This document shows positions 36,070 to 44,724 of a stretch of DNA of 50,511 nt, piece by piece; positions within the stretch are counted from its first letter, which is position 1, and each line of letters opens with the position of its first letter. The notes beneath the pieces were generated by a model. That model did not search any database. It saw nothing but the letters and a program-made list of their open reading frames with translations, and was not told the DNA's origin. Both the position numbers and the translations under genes were made by a program. The DNA comes from a candidate division WOR-3 bacterium (GTDB lineage: Bacteria; Hydrothermota; Tepidihabitantia; SM23-42): positions 1 to 50,511 of the forward strand of contig DAOVAN010000001.1 of assembly GCA_030671005.1 (NCBI GenBank), read 5' to 3'.

Positions 36070-37244
36070 CGTTCAATGAGGTCGATCAACCTGGCGACTT
36101 TTCTTGCTTCAAATACATCGTGAACGCGAAGTATCGAAGCACCGTTGTTGATGAGAAGAGACTCAACCCCCAGACTACCTTCTAACCTTTGTTCCGCCTC
36201 CAGCTTGAATGGCTTACCGATGAACGATTTTCTGGAGTGCCCGACCAGTATCGGGCGATTCAGATTCCTCAATTCTGCAAGGCGTCTGATTATGACATAG
36301 TTATCTTCTAATTGCTTACCAAAACCCAAACCCGGATCGACGACTATGCGCTCCCTGTCGATACCAGACTGGACGGCAAAGGCAATTTTCTTTTCGAGGA
36401 AATCGTGTATTTCGTTCATCAGATCCTTGTATTTCGGATTCCTCTGCATGGTTTTGGGTTTTCCCTTCATGTGCATTATAATGAGCGTGGCTCGATACCG
36501 TGCGATAATCTCAGGCATTCGCTTGTCAAAACTGAGGCCTGATATGTCATTTATTATCTGCGCGCCGTTATCGATCGCGAGCTTCGCAACCCTGGCCTTG
36601 TAAGTGTCGACTGACACCGGGACATGTGTGTGTTTCATCACCGCCGGTAGAATCGATTTTAGTCTCCGCATTTCTTCTTTTTCGTCTACGGAATTGCTAC
36701 CGGGCCGGCTGGATTCAGCGCCGATGTCAATAAAATCTGCACCTTCAGCAGTCATTTCACTCGCGACTCGTTCCACGATCGATACGTCGGTGTAACGGCT
36801 GCCACTGTAAAAGGAATCAGGAGTGACGTTTATGACACCCATGATGTAGGTACGGTCAAAGACGGTTCTTTTTCCTCCAATCCTTAGGGTCGGCAAGGCA
36901 CTATCTGATAGTACCTTTCTTATCGCCTGACGTACCCTGTCCATCCAAGGTTGTTCACCCAGGCGCTGTTCGATCTTCCATAGTTCACGACGGTTAGCAA
37001 AGAGAATGAGCGGAAATTTCCTTCCCCTGCCACCTTTGTATGCTGTTTTGGGTATTGCCGAATCCGCACCACAAATGAGCGCTGTCTGTTTGAGGACGTG
37101 TACCTGGGCGCATGAAAGAGCGTCAAATTTGAGTGCTACGTTCTGGGCCTTGTTGATGAATATCGAATAGACATCGGGGTCAACGTTGATGCGACGTAGT
37201 TCTTCAACGATCGTACTCTTTCTGTCTAGTATCAACTGTCTCAT
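36066..37244 (-). CDS. folP: Dihydropteroate synthase with an N-terminal extension of about 135 aa
   Basis: The pterin-binding core starts at IMGVINVTPDSFYSG, and DIGAESSRPG and ILVGHSRKSF are present. A 4-nt overlap links it to cdaA. Confidence 0.85.
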   Translation of the reverse strand: MRQLILDRKSTIVEELRRINVDPDVYSIFINKAQNVALKFDALSCAQVHVLKQTALICGADSAIPKTAYKGGRGRKFPLILFANRRELWKIEQRLGEQPWMDRVRQAIRKVLSDSALPTLRIGGKRTVFDRTYIMGVINVTPDSFYSGSRYTDVSIVERVASEMTAEGADFIDIGAESSRPGSNSVDEKEEMRRLKSILPAVMKHTHVPVSVDTYKARVAKLAIDNGAQIINDISGLSFDKRMPEIIARYRATLIIMHMKGKPKTMQRNPKYKDLMNEIHDFLEKKIAFAVQSGIDRERIVVDPGLGFGKQLEDNYVIIRRLAELRNLNRPILVGHSRKSFIGKPFKLEAEQRLEGSLGVESLLINNGASILRVHDVFEARKVARLIDLIER

Positions 37245-37276
37245 TTTTCGATTTTCAGGAGAGATGCATAGAAATA

Positions 37277-38638
37277 TTACAAGAAATAGGCGGACGGATT
37301 GATCCCGTACATCTGCGGATAGGTGGGCCTGACAATCTTTGTTTGCACTTCCATTGCTAGATCAATTGTTCTGCCGTCGGTTTTTTCATGATTCCGGTCG
37401 ACGATGATTTTTACAATCGGACTACCGATATTGCCCGGGTTCTGGCGCATGACCAAACCGACTTCTCCAGTGTTCAGTTCCAAACAGCTTCCTACCGGAT
37501 ATATACCCAGTAGTTGGGTGAAAACTTTCGCCAGGATTGGATCGAAGAGCCGGTTCTGGTTCGACCATATGACCCTTAAGGCGAAATGGGGTAAGTAGGG
37601 GATAGGCTGGTAAGAACGTGCCGTTGTCATTGCATCGTACGAGTCGCAGATCCTCACGACTCTTGAGAAGAGAGTCGGTTCTTCCTCCTTTTCCCGTAAC
37701 GGGTATCCGGTACCGTCATAGTTCCAGTGATGTTGATAAGCAACCGTGATCGCTATCATCGAAATCTCATCGAGCCCGCGGGTCTTCAAGATTTCTCGAA
37801 CACCAAAGTTGGAATGCATCTTCAGCGTCTCCCATTCCTGGTCAGTGAGCTTCTGTACTTTGTTTATCAATTCTTTGGAAATCTCAACCTTTCCTATGTC
37901 ATGCAAGATACCTGATGTGCCAAGTCGCGCCAAACTCCTGCGGTCAAGACCAATCCGTTGTCCCAATGCGAGAGCAAGAATTCCGACATTGAGTGAGTGA
38001 TTGAACGTGTATTCGTCGAAGTTCTTGATGGTGGTGAGGGCGAGGATTCCGAATTCATCGCGTGATATTGTATCGACGAGGTTATACACGATACGGCGGG
38101 AGCTCTTCACATCCACTGGTCGGCCACTCCATAGATTCTGCATCATATTCTTGGTTACTTTCAGTGCTTTGAAATATGTCCTCTTCGTAAACTTACCATC
38201 TTCCATGAATTCATCCGCTTCTTCACCCGCTTTAAGGAATTCCACCTTGATATGAGGGTATCGTTTTAACACAAACTGTTTGAGAAATGTTACCTTGTCT
38301 TCTTTGAAAATCACAGCGAAATCGATGATCTCTTGGTGTTTTATGCCGGAGAGAAAAGTCAAGGATTTGATGCGCAGAATCTTCAGCCGGCTATTCAAGA
38401 ATTGAAGGTTGGCATAGCTGTCAATCTCATATTTCAGTCTCTGTTTGTTGAAGAAAATATAATCACGGTAGCGGACAAACTCGAGGCTCGAAATCGTTGA
38501 AAAGAGCGTTTCCATAAAAGCGACAAACTTTTTTGCAGTGTTTATCACTACATCGTTGTTGACATCATATACTTGAACTGCCTTGAGCAATGGGTACAGG
38601 AGGGCGACTATGGTCTTGCCTGAAGTATATATGCTCAT
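37277..38638 (-). CDS. HD-GYP domain phosphohydrolase with an uncharacterised N-terminal domain
   Basis: 453 aa. The C-terminal half carries HSLNVG, LHDIGK and HHWNYDGTGYP. Confidence 0.85.
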   Translation of the reverse strand: MSIYTSGKTIVALLYPLLKAVQVYDVNNDVVINTAKKFVAFMETLFSTISSLEFVRYRDYIFFNKQRLKYEIDSYANLQFLNSRLKILRIKSLTFLSGIKHQEIIDFAVIFKEDKVTFLKQFVLKRYPHIKVEFLKAGEEADEFMEDGKFTKRTYFKALKVTKNMMQNLWSGRPVDVKSSRRIVYNLVDTISRDEFGILALTTIKNFDEYTFNHSLNVGILALALGQRIGLDRRSLARLGTSGILHDIGKVEISKELINKVQKLTDQEWETLKMHSNFGVREILKTRGLDEISMIAITVAYQHHWNYDGTGYPLREKEEEPTLFSRVVRICDSYDAMTTARSYQPIPYLPHFALRVIWSNQNRLFDPILAKVFTQLLGIYPVGSCLELNTGEVGLVMRQNPGNIGSPIVKIIVDRNHEKTDGRTIDLAMEVQTKIVRPTYPQMYGINPSAYFL

Positions 38639-40173
38639 TTCGATTTCCCTTTTAGCACCAACTCACACACGATCTTTATGTCTTTGTTCCTCTTTTCAGC
38701 ACCAATTCTCAATGCCTCCAATGACTCACTGCTTCCGATCTGAGCTAGAGCAATCGCCGCCAGCCGTCTCATCACACGGTATTTTTTCCTGCCAAACCAC
38801 TTGCGCTTGTATAGCATACTCTTCAGAATCTGTACTAGATTGCTGTCTGCATTTGCGGTGAGGTAGTTGAAATACTCACGCTGCTCACTGAATTCCAGAT
38901 CAAGAAACGTCTTATCCTTTATTTTGTCGAGTAGCACCGGATACATCTGTGGAAATTTCAGTTTGGCAAGCAAGCGCAAGGCTTTGATACGTACCTCCAT
39001 CTGTGGGTCTTTAACATATTGAACCAGTAGGTCTGGCTGTTTGACATTGCCCAGCGCGTCGATTATTTCTAAACGCACTCTAGCATCAGGATGGTCTATG
39101 TACGGTTGGAGCAACTTAGCCGCTTCGATGTTTCTCATGATGCCAATGATCGCAATAGCACTAACCAGCGACATTGTATCTTCGCTCTTCAAGAATTCAG
39201 CAATGGGCGTGATATCGTCTTGCGCAATGTACGCAATCCGGTGTCTCAATGAATGGAGACGGTCGGCGCGCCCCGCTAACGACAATAATTGAAGCAAGAA
39301 GGGAACAGATTTCTTGCTGAAGAAACCGATGAAAGCCAGAAATTCATTGAACAACTCGTTTTGGGGCACATTCACCATTTCTTTGAACCCCATAATGGTA
39401 GTTGCATTCTCAAAGCGCTCTATGAAACTAACTTCCGGGTAGTCTTTCAGCTTATATGCGATTCGCCGTGCGTTATAGAAGTCCTTGGTGTCAACACAAC
39501 TCTCAAGCAATTCGATCAGACCATCAATAACTTCTTTTGAGCGCTCGGTATGGAGAAAATCGGTTAGCGTTTTAATCACGAGGGGGAGAATCGATGCCTT
39601 TTCTTCATCGGTTATATTATTCATCAAGTTCTTCACCTCGTCGGGTTTTAGATCGGGAATGATGACCGCATCGATATCGATTTTCTCCCTCAGGATTAGC
39701 TGTTTCAGCTTTTCGTCGTAATCCACAAACTCAGTCGGAACGTCAGGAACTCGATAATCCAAGACTTCTTCCTCTTCGACTACATAGAATGAAATGTGCG
39801 AGAAATCGCATTCCCAGAGACCAAGCGCAACATCGTAATCTTTTTTCGATTGGCTGATTACATCAAGCAAGAGTAATAACTCATCAGAAGTAATACCACC
39901 CATGAACCCGATACTGCGAACGCCATCCTTGAATAGCCGAAAAGCGATGCTCAGGTCCATTTCTTCTTCTTTGTAAACAATGCGGTTATCGTGATGTATC
40001 GTGAATTTATCGATTTGAAGATTCAATTCATTGTTTTTGCTCAAGAATTCTGAGATATTTTCGTAGAATGGCACATAGAAGTTGCGGAAAGATGAGTGGT
40101 TCATGCCGTACATTTGTAGAGCTTTGAATGCCTTGGTGAAACCAAGGACGATCTGGTCTACCTCCTCTTTCAT
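38635..40173 (-). CDS. HEAT-repeat protein whose N-terminal domain resembles that of the downstream HD-GYP protein
   Basis: 512 aa. The C-terminal third has HEAT/PBS-lyase-like repeats (DHPDARVRLEIIDALGNV, DPQMEVRIKALRLLAKL, RRLAAIALAQIGSSESL). A 4-nt overlap links it to the HD-GYP gene. Confidence 0.7.
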   Translation of the reverse strand: MKEEVDQIVLGFTKAFKALQMYGMNHSSFRNFYVPFYENISEFLSKNNELNLQIDKFTIHHDNRIVYKEEEMDLSIAFRLFKDGVRSIGFMGGITSDELLLLLDVISQSKKDYDVALGLWECDFSHISFYVVEEEEVLDYRVPDVPTEFVDYDEKLKQLILREKIDIDAVIIPDLKPDEVKNLMNNITDEEKASILPLVIKTLTDFLHTERSKEVIDGLIELLESCVDTKDFYNARRIAYKLKDYPEVSFIERFENATTIMGFKEMVNVPQNELFNEFLAFIGFFSKKSVPFLLQLLSLAGRADRLHSLRHRIAYIAQDDITPIAEFLKSEDTMSLVSAIAIIGIMRNIEAAKLLQPYIDHPDARVRLEIIDALGNVKQPDLLVQYVKDPQMEVRIKALRLLAKLKFPQMYPVLLDKIKDKTFLDLEFSEQREYFNYLTANADSNLVQILKSMLYKRKWFGRKKYRVMRRLAAIALAQIGSSESLEALRIGAEKRNKDIKIVCELVLKGKSK

Positions 40174-40181
40174 TCTCCCTA

Positions 40182-40209
40182 ATTATAAACATATATTTAA
40201 TTTAGTCAA
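40182..40209 (-). promoter_or_regulatory. Sigma70-type promoter of the HEAT/HD-GYP/folP/cdaA operon; near-leaderless
   Basis: On the minus strand: TTGACT (40209-40204), a 16-nt spacer, TATAAT (40187-40182), 8 nt, then ATG 40173. Confidence 0.65.
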
Positions 40210-40289
40210 CATTTTTGTGAAGAAAAGGCTATGCAGAACGAGTAATGTGGCTCATTTCGTGTTTGCGTTCCGTTTTTATGCTAAGCATG

Positions 40290-40317
40290 TTGACTTGTGT
40301 CAGATTATGTATATAAT
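40290..40317 (+). promoter_or_regulatory. Sigma70-type promoter of rpmH; leaderless geometry
   Basis: TTGACT (40290-40295), a 16-nt spacer, TATAAT (40312-40317), 6 nt, then ATG 40324. Confidence 0.7.
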
Positions 40318-40323
40318 ATCTTG

Positions 40324-40458
40324 ATGAAACGCACCTATCAGCCGAGTCGCAGAAAACGGAAGACGACGCATGGATTTCGTCAACGCATGAAGACCAAGGG
40401 TGGTAAAAGTATCCTCAAAAGAAGGCGAAAAAAGGGACGAAAAAGGCTCGTTGTATAG
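40324..40458 (+). CDS. rpmH: 50S ribosomal protein L34 (not in the ORF track)
   Basis: My translation is [44 protein letters not shown], a canonical L34 upstream of rnpA. Confidence 0.95.
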   Translation: MKRTYQPSRRKRKTTHGFRQRMKTKGGKSILKRRRKKGRKRLVV

Positions 40459-40484
40459 TCGGTTTCTGGTCCGCAGGTAGCAAC

Positions 40485-40805
40485 ATAAGAAAACATTCAC
40501 TTCCACGAGCTGCAATATTACGGACGAAGACTGAACTCAAAGGGGTGTTTGTCCGAGGACGGAGAAGGAAGCACGGCAAGGTCAGGTTCATCTACATAGC
40601 GTCCGAAGAGCAGAGAGTTGGTTTTATTGCCTCCAGGAAAATCGGTTGCGCTGTAAAACGGAATAGGACAAAGAGAATATTAAGGGAGGCATATCGAATG
40701 AACAGAGAACATTTTGAGAAAATGAGCATCATACTCTATGCTGTGTGTGCCCTCACCATGGATGAGGCTTTGCGCAGCATTGCTGAATTCAAGGAGGGAC
40801 GGTGA
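40485..40805 (+). CDS. rnpA: RNase P protein component; start codon unresolved (the 5' limit shown is an in-frame ATA)
   Basis: The RNR motif AVKRNRTKRILREAY is present. The track starts at GTG 40545, but the frame is open from 40407 and encodes the conserved RnpA N-terminus (RKHSLPRAAILRTKTELKGVF) with no ATG, GTG or TTG. Confidence 0.7.
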   Translation: MRKHSLPRAAILRTKTELKGVFVRGRRRKHGKVRFIYIASEEQRVGFIASRKIGCAVKRNRTKRILREAYRMNREHFEKMSIILYAVCALTMDEALRSIAEFKEGR

Positions 40806-41032
40806 ATCGTATTTTGGTTCAAATGATCAAAGGATATCAAATCACAATAGGCATGTTCCTGCCCAGGGTATGCCGTTTTGAACCAACTTGCTCGAGTTAT
40901 GCCATCGAGGCGTTCCGTGAGCATGGTACACTGAAGGGCACAGTACTTAGCATTTGGCGTATCCTGAGATGCAATCCATTTTTTTCTGGCGGATGGGACC
41001 CGGTACCGAAGAGGAGCTGCAATAATGAGTGA
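40802..41032 (+). CDS. yidD: Membrane protein insertion efficiency factor YidD
   Basis: 76 aa with CRFEPTCSSYAIEA and NPFFSGGWDPVP. The GTG start lies behind the SD ggaggg and overlaps the rnpA stop. Confidence 0.9.
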   Translation: MNRILVQMIKGYQITIGMFLPRVCRFEPTCSSYAIEAFREHGTLKGTVLSIWRILRCNPFFSGGWDPVPKRSCNNE

Positions 41033-42527
41033 TCGTACACGCATCGCCTTGGCCTTTCTCTTCATCATCGGCATCCTGTTCATCTGGACGACACTGAATC
41101 GACCGGCCGAGAGGAAAGAAGCTCCTGGACCCGTAGTCGAAGATACCGTTGCAGCACCGGTCAAGATTGTAGAAGAGGAATTCATACCTGCCGACCAAGA
41201 AACGATTGTCGTCGACAGACGGCATATTAGGGTTGTGCTCTCCAGTTTCGGGGGTTCGGTGCAGTCCTTCTATTTAAAAGATTATGATATTGACATCGTA
41301 CCTCAAGGCAAAAATCTTTTTATAAGTCCTTTAGAAGATAGTATGAATAACATTGCAAATTTCAATTATGCGATAGCTGACGATTCGATTATCTTCGAAT
41401 ATAAAAACGCAGAACGCAGAGTTGTAAAGACGTATCGATTCGACAACGATTATGGATTCACCCTTCGTGTTTCTTCGAACAATGAACCCCACAAACTCAG
41501 CTTGAAATCCGGTCTGAATGTTACGGAAACAAAGAATCGTGGTGACGACCTAAGAAACTTCAATGCTTACATCAAAGATGAGAAGCTCAATAACGTCACC
41601 AAGAAAATCAAGGACACATTCGAATATGATGGTGACTTCGATTGGTTCGCGCTGAGGAACAAATACTTCATCTTGATGATCAATAACAATGCCCAGATCG
41701 ACAATCTAGTTTTCTACAAGTTGCCTGATGATAAAGGCAAGACCGAGACCGAAAATGCTTCTTTTGGATGCTACTATATGGGTGGGGCCAAAGATCGATA
41801 TGGCGCAGAAATACAAAATATGACGGATACCGATATCACCGTGCTTCTGCTCCCAATGGACTATCAAAAACTTGTTCAGTACGAAAAGGGTTACGAAGAG
41901 ATTGCATCGGGTGGATTCTGGGGGCCGATTTCCAGAGTAATAATGGCGATTTTGAATTTCATGTATTCGCTCATCAACAACTACGGTTTTGCCATTATGA
42001 TTTTCGCTTTCCTGATCAAAATGATATTCTTCCCTCTATCCAGGCAAATGGTCATGTCTCAACACAAAATGCAGAAGATCCAGCCCGAGCTCAAGAAGAT
42101 TCAGAAGAAATACAAGGGTGAACCGCAGCGCTTGAATCAGGAAATGATGCACCTCTATAAAACTTATAAGGTCAACCCTCTGTCTGGTTGTTTGCCACTG
42201 CTCATTCAGATGCCGATTTTCTTTGCGTTATTCCGGACGTTGACGACAGCTATCGAATTCAGACAAGCCGGTTTCATTTTCTGGATCACCGACCTCTCTT
42301 TGAAAGATCCATATTATGTTTTGCCGATAAGCATGGGGGTCATGATGTTTGTCCAGTCGTTGACCACAACCATCGATCCCCGGCAGCGGATGATGGTGCT
42401 TATCATGCCGATTTTCATGGTTTGGATATTCCTTAGTTTGCCCTCCGGGCTACAATTATATTGGTTTTCATATAACATTTTAACGTTGCTTGAACATTTC
42501 CTAATTAGAAGAGGAGGACTTAGATGA
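41025..42527 (+). CDS. yidC: Membrane protein insertase YidC
   Basis: 500 aa with an N-terminal TM, a periplasmic domain and the C-terminal 60-kDa insertase core (PLSGCLPLLIQMPIFFALF). Confidence 0.9.
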   Translation: MSDRTRIALAFLFIIGILFIWTTLNRPAERKEAPGPVVEDTVAAPVKIVEEEFIPADQETIVVDRRHIRVVLSSFGGSVQSFYLKDYDIDIVPQGKNLFISPLEDSMNNIANFNYAIADDSIIFEYKNAERRVVKTYRFDNDYGFTLRVSSNNEPHKLSLKSGLNVTETKNRGDDLRNFNAYIKDEKLNNVTKKIKDTFEYDGDFDWFALRNKYFILMINNNAQIDNLVFYKLPDDKGKTETENASFGCYYMGGAKDRYGAEIQNMTDTDITVLLLPMDYQKLVQYEKGYEEIASGGFWGPISRVIMAILNFMYSLINNYGFAIMIFAFLIKMIFFPLSRQMVMSQHKMQKIQPELKKIQKKYKGEPQRLNQEMMHLYKTYKVNPLSGCLPLLIQMPIFFALFRTLTTAIEFRQAGFIFWITDLSLKDPYYVLPISMGVMMFVQSLTTTIDPRQRMMVLIMPIFMVWIFLSLPSGLQLYWFSYNILTLLEHFLIRRGGLR

Positions 42528-43123
42528 AACTGGCCGAAGCATCAGGGAAAACTCTCGAAGAAGCCATCGAGAACGGATTAAAGACATTAAGGGTGAGGCA
42601 AGAAGAAGTGGAATACGAACTCATTTCTGAAGAAGAGGAAGGAGTAAAAATCAAAATGGAAGTGAAAGAGCCTCGCCAGCATCTGCTTGAAGTCACCAAG
42701 TTCATACTTGAATGCTGCGGATTCAGGCCTAATATCAACATCACCAAAGACGAAAAAGGATTCTACCTAAATATCAGAACCAGACACGCCGATGCAATTC
42801 TGATCGGAAAGAAAGGTGAGACGCTCTGGGCATTGCAATATATCATAACGCGCTTGATGAAGCGCTTTCACCCTAATTTAAAGATTCTAGTCGATGTCAG
42901 CGGATATCGCATGCGCCGGACGAATTTTCTGAAGAAGAAGGCTGAAGCAATAGCATGCATAGTCTTAGAGACCGGACGCGAGATGGCTCTCGATCCACTG
43001 ACGAAACGAGAACAGCAAATTGTCGAAATCAAGTTGAGTGAAATAAAGGGAGTAAAACTCTACAGCATTGGAAAGGGAGCAAGTAAGAATGTAATCATTG
43101 CTCCGAACGATGAATCCAAATGA
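42524..43123 (+). CDS. jag: Jag/KhpB-like RNA-binding protein (Jag_N, KH, R3H)
   Basis: 199 aa. It holds the conserved position between yidC and mnmE. The N-terminus is GKTLEEAIENGLKTL, with a KH-like GKKGETLWALQYI block and an R3H-like C-terminus. Confidence 0.75.
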   Translation: MKLAEASGKTLEEAIENGLKTLRVRQEEVEYELISEEEEGVKIKMEVKEPRQHLLEVTKFILECCGFRPNINITKDEKGFYLNIRTRHADAILIGKKGETLWALQYIITRLMKRFHPNLKILVDVSGYRMRRTNFLKKKAEAIACIVLETGREMALDPLTKREQQIVEIKLSEIKGVKLYSIGKGASKNVIIAPNDESK

Positions 43124-44456
43124 TACGATAGTTGCCTGCACAACGCCACCCGGTTATTCGAGCATCGCCGTTGTTAGACTAAGCGGCGACCAGGCAAGTC
43201 CCTTATTACACAAAATATTCAGGTCGGCCGAATCGCCCCGTAGCTTTGAGGCACAGCGTGTTTACCATGGCTTTGTTGTGGATGCAGTAACGAATGAGAC
43301 CATTGATACCGCGCTGGCTACTACATTCTGTAAACCCAATTCTTATACAGGCGAGGACGTAGTCGAACTCTCATGCCACGGTAATCCGTTAATCGTCGAT
43401 CGCATAATCAGGATGTTTATTGACCTCGGGGCAAGAGTCGCACAGCGTGGTGAATTCACAAAGCGCGCCCTGATCAACGGCAAAATTGACCTCTTACAGG
43501 CGGAAGCCGTGCACGACACGGTACTGGCTCCTTGTGAACAAGCAAGAAGGATGGCGATACTACAATATGAAGGCAGACTGTCAGAGAAGATATATGATAT
43601 CCGTTCGAGAATAGTTGATCTGCTTTTCCTGGTTGAAGCGGATATTGATTTTTCCGAAGAAGAGGGCGTTCATTATGAGCAATCAGAATCTACAGAGGTT
43701 CTCAAAGGGATAATCTCTGAAATAGACGATTTGCTGAAGGGCGCATCCATTGGTCTGAAGATTAAGGATGGTTACAGAGTATTGATTCTGGGTCGCGTTA
43801 ATGTCGGTAAGTCGACTCTCTTTAACCGGCTGGTCGGCCATGACCGGGCAATCGTACATGAACAACCAGGTACAACAAGGGATTGGCTGGAAGAGAGTGT
43901 GCAGATCGCAGACCTTTACGTTACTTTGTTTGATACCGCAGGCATATTGTCTAAAGCCTCGGGACCTGATGAGATTGCCCAACAGAGAACGAGGGCACTC
44001 GTCGAAGACGCTGACCTGATCCTTTTGATGTTTGACGGATCTGAACCCATGAACGAAGAGGACGTGTATCTGTATGACCTCGTGAAGCACAAAAGGAAGC
44101 TTCTCGTTATCAACAAGATTGATCTGAATGATAAGCTGAGTGATATGGAGATGTTCTCAGATTCGAAGAAGATATCGGCAAAAACAGGGAGGAATGTCGG
44201 TGCCCTGGAGGAGGGTATCAAGGGGTCCCTCCTGCCGAAAGATTATCGAGACGATGTCCTGATAACAAGGCACCGACACATCGATGCCTTGACCCGGGCA
44301 AGAAAATGCCTGGTCGATGCCAAGAACGCGCCAACCATCGAGACGGTTGCCTATGAACTACACTGTTCATTGAATGTAGTTGGCGAGTTGACTGGCCAGG
44401 TATTACGCAAAGACATCCTCGACCGCATATTCGAGGAATTCTGCATCGGCAAATAA
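43110..44456 (+). CDS. mnmE: tRNA modification GTPase MnmE
   Basis: It has the N-terminus DTIVACTTPPG, the G domain GRVNVGKSTLFN and DTAG, and the C-terminal CIGK. The ATG at 43110 is preferred over the TTG at 43098. Confidence 0.9.
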   Translation: MNPNDTIVACTTPPGYSSIAVVRLSGDQASPLLHKIFRSAESPRSFEAQRVYHGFVVDAVTNETIDTALATTFCKPNSYTGEDVVELSCHGNPLIVDRIIRMFIDLGARVAQRGEFTKRALINGKIDLLQAEAVHDTVLAPCEQARRMAILQYEGRLSEKIYDIRSRIVDLLFLVEADIDFSEEEGVHYEQSESTEVLKGIISEIDDLLKGASIGLKIKDGYRVLILGRVNVGKSTLFNRLVGHDRAIVHEQPGTTRDWLEESVQIADLYVTLFDTAGILSKASGPDEIAQQRTRALVEDADLILLMFDGSEPMNEEDVYLYDLVKHKRKLLVINKIDLNDKLSDMEMFSDSKKISAKTGRNVGALEEGIKGSLLPKDYRDDVLITRHRHIDALTRARKCLVDAKNAPTIETVAYELHCSLNVVGELTGQVLRKDILDRIFEEFCIGK

Positions 44457-44596
44457 TACCGTTTGTCGTAGTTCGTATTTCGTACTCGTGAAAAAACCAG
44501 AGACCAAATTTGTCATACGAGTACGATTCACGAGTAAGCAGTATGGCATCTCCGGCTCTTAGACTATCCAGTTTCCACATCTCGTCCCGCTTCGCT

Positions 44597-44680
44597 CCGA
44601 CATCGCATATCTCACATCTCATATCCCATATCACGTTTTCTGTATCCCGTATCCCGTATCTCGCATCGCGTATCCCGCAT
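44597..44680. repeat. Tandem heptamer array (CYCRYAT, 12 units)
   Basis: The units are ccgacat, cgcatat, ctcacat, ctcatat, cccatat, cacgttt, tctgtat, cccgtat, cccgtat, ctcgcat, cgcgtat and cccgcat. The array ends 10 nt before the -35 at 44691. Confidence 0.8.
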
Positions 44681-44690
44681 CTGTAAAAGC

Positions 44691-44718
44691 TTGACTGATT
44701 CGGTTTTTCGCGTATAAT
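44691..44718 (+). promoter_or_regulatory. Sigma70-type promoter of the wHTH/M23 pair; leaderless geometry
   Basis: TTGACT (44691-44696), a 16-nt spacer, TATAAT (44713-44718), 6 nt, then GTG 44725. Confidence 0.7.
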
Positions 44719-44724
44719 CCGCTA

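Noticed and set aside
40174-40323. Replication origin at the rpmH locus. About 17 kb of minus-strand genes lie to the left and about 9.5 kb of plus-strand genes to the right, and rpmH-rnpA-yidC-mnmE is origin-proximal in many bacteria.
   Set aside because: The 150-bp spacer is fully accounted for by two divergent promoters. dnaA is absent. I found no TTATCCACA-type boxes here; the best is tgtggctca at 6/9. The only near-consensus box in the window, atatccaca at 46832-46840, is isolated. Gene-strand bias alone is not sufficient, and a cumulative GC-skew plot on the whole contig would be needed.
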